Positions 61,817 to 64,000 of a stretch of DNA of 64,000 bases are shown in pieces. How positions within the stretch are numbered: position 1 is the first letter of the stretch; every line of letters begins with the position of its first letter. The stretch lies in assembly GCF_009914755.1 (NCBI RefSeq), contig NC_060943.1. The stretch is one strand, 5' to 3'. Source of the DNA: the human T2T-CHM13v2.0 reference genome, Homo sapiens. The position numbers were made by a program, and so were the translations under genes. The notes below the pieces were generated by a model. It had not been told where the DNA came from. It worked only from the letters and a program-made list of their open reading frames with translations, and did not search any database.

Positions 61817-64000
61817 AATTTTTTTTTTTTTTTTTTGTGATGGAGTCTCTATCACTCAGGCTGGAGTGCAGTAGCGTGATCTCAGCTCACTGCAACCTCT
61901 GCCTCCCAGGTTCAAGCAATTCTCTGCCTCAGCCTCCTGAGTAGCTGGGATTACAGGTGCCTGCCACCACGTCCGGCTAATTTTTGTATTTTTAGTAGAG
62001 ATGGGATTTCACCATCTTGGCCAGGCTGGTCTTGAACTCCTGACCTTGTGATCTACCCGCCTCGGCCTCCCAAAGTGCTGGGATTACAGGCGTGAGCCAC
62101 TGCGCCCGGTGTGATTATTTTTATGAAGGAAAAGACCAGAGTCCTTTAAGAGGGGACAGTGGGGGACTTGCAATAGATTGTGTGGGAGCTGTCAGGGGAG
62201 ACTTTCCAAGATGATGACAGTGAAGTGAGGCCTGGAGGGAGAGTTAGAGCCAACCTCAGAGAAGGGAACACTGTTCTAGGCAGGAGGACCCAGGGTTGTG
62301 GGAAGAGAGAAATAAAATGAGACCAAGACAGTGGGGAGAGCAGTGTGAGTTGAAGTCAGAGGGGTGACAGCAGCCAGAATGTGCCGGTAGCGAGGATCTT
62401 GGATTTTATTCTAGCTGCAATGAGAGCTTTGATTCTACAAATATTTATTGCGTGCTAGTCACTGTTTTAGGTACTGGGTGTACAACAGTGAAAAAAGAAC
62501 TTCCCAGCCGAGTGGAATGCCGTGGAGCATATCTGTTTCGATGCTGGGACAGATCCCTAACACAGCTCATTAAAGCAGATAGCACCATTCCGTCTCTTTC
62601 TTCAGCTTCACTTTACGTCAGTCCCAGCATTTTTATCCCTACCCTTACAGATGAGAGAACTAAAGTTCAGAGAGGTGACGTGACTTGCCCCAGGCCCCTC
62701 AGTCAGTAAAAGACAGAACTGAGAATCCAACCAGACTCTTCCCTTTTTAGGTTATTTCTCTAACATTAGGGCCGAGTATCGATTCTCTTTACCTCTGACT
62801 TCGTGTCCCTGGTATTAAGACTCAGGGCCCACAGTGCCTCTTGGAATTCAGGCATATGGTGACATCAGTGTGCCTACCATTCAGGTCTTGGAGAATAGGG
62901 TATGGCGAAAGGAGAGAACTCGTGATATCGCTGATTCAGTAGCCCAGAGTTGTACGAGTCCTTGGGTGTTTCACCTTCATCCAGGCATCTGAGATTGGAG
63001 ACAAGCATGTGGCTGAATGACGTATCTGGGGGAAGCTGTCTAAACAGCCGTGTGGAGTTGGAGAGTTGAATTAGCTCTGTGGCCAAACCTCTGGGCTCAG
63101 TCTGCCTATATATGGCTTGATCTCAAAGAACAGGTGATAGCAGTAGGAGTTGTTTTCTGTGTTGCTGGTGGGAGATGCCCAGGCACATTCCTTTGTAGAC
63201 AAGCACAAACTAGATATTTTTGAAATCGGAGGTCTGAAACCAGCCGAAGAATTAATCCTGGCCTGGAAAGCATATGGGAGAGTACAGCCAACCTGGCTTG
63301 GGTGTTGCTTTCTTGGTTTTGTTGCATTTTTGAGGCAGGGTCTTGCTCTGTCACCCAAGTGGGATCACAGTGGTACAATCATGGCTCATTGCAGCCTTAA
63401 CCTCCTGGGCTCAAGTGATTCTCCTGCCTTATTTTTTGATTTTTTTTGTAGAGGTGAGGTCTCACCATGTTGCCCAGGCTGGTCTTGAGCTCCTGGGCTC
63501 AAGTGATCCTCCACCTTGGTCTCCCAAAGTGTTAGGATTACAGGCGTGAGCCGCTGCCCCTGGTGACTTTGTTGCTTTTTAATAAGCCCAGAAATTTCTT
63601 TCAAGAGGGAGGATCTTTGTGAACATCTTGAGCCGCGTTCTTGATCGCTGGCTGTGGAAGCCTCCACCTATCAGGCTCAAGTCCATGTTGCTATCATGTG
63701 CACTTTGGCTGGTGAGGTGCTGAGCAGAGGTTTCAGCCTCTACCACAAGGTTTCCTGATGAAAGGTCAGCTGGGTGGGCCCAGCTTCTCCTTACCCAACT
63801 GAGAGGCCTCATAGAGCACAAGGCCTGGGTACGGAGGTTCCTGGGGCTCCTGCCATACCCAGCCAGGCCAAGCAGAGGGCCCCAGTGTGTTGTTGGGTGC
63901 TGAGAGGCTGCCCGCAGCTCTCGCCTGTGTTGGAAGGCTGTAGACTTGGCTTCTCCCAAACGTAAGCTGTGAAGCCATGGACTCAGATTCTCAGCCTGGC

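Noticed and set aside
63105-63115. CCTATATATGG CArG-like motif
   Set aside because: Seven A/T bases between CC and GG, so not a consensus CArG

Overview
Human (primate) genomic DNA, GC- and Alu-rich, matching the MAP4K1-EIF3K-ACTN4 locus (chr19q13.2 from memory). It contains: (1) coding exons 1-9 of MAP4K1/HPK1 on the minus strand (most of the kinase domain; the gene continues past the left edge); (2) the complete 8-exon EIF3K gene on the plus strand (657-nt CDS, 218 aa), head-to-head with MAP4K1 across a CpG island; (3) the CpG-island promoter, exon 1 and the first ~28 kb of intron 1 of ACTN4. I resolved all exon boundaries by hand and every phase is consistent. Repeats: dozens of Alus, two antisense HERV-K-class solo LTRs inside EIF3K (MER11 and LTR5), a full-length MER2, and MER5/L2/MIR/L1 fragments. 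Nearly all ORFs in the supplied track are Alu- or GC-derived noise. I see no new protein-coding system. The most notable signals are a U12 (minor-spliceosome) intron in EIF3K that appears to hold a nested U2-type mini-intron/poison exon, a decayed local duplication of the EIF3K 3' end, divergent CTCF-like motifs, zero-spacer inverted Alu junctions, a tandem octamer at the MAP4K1 promoter, and a homeobox/forkhead/CArG motif cluster in ACTN4 intron 1.
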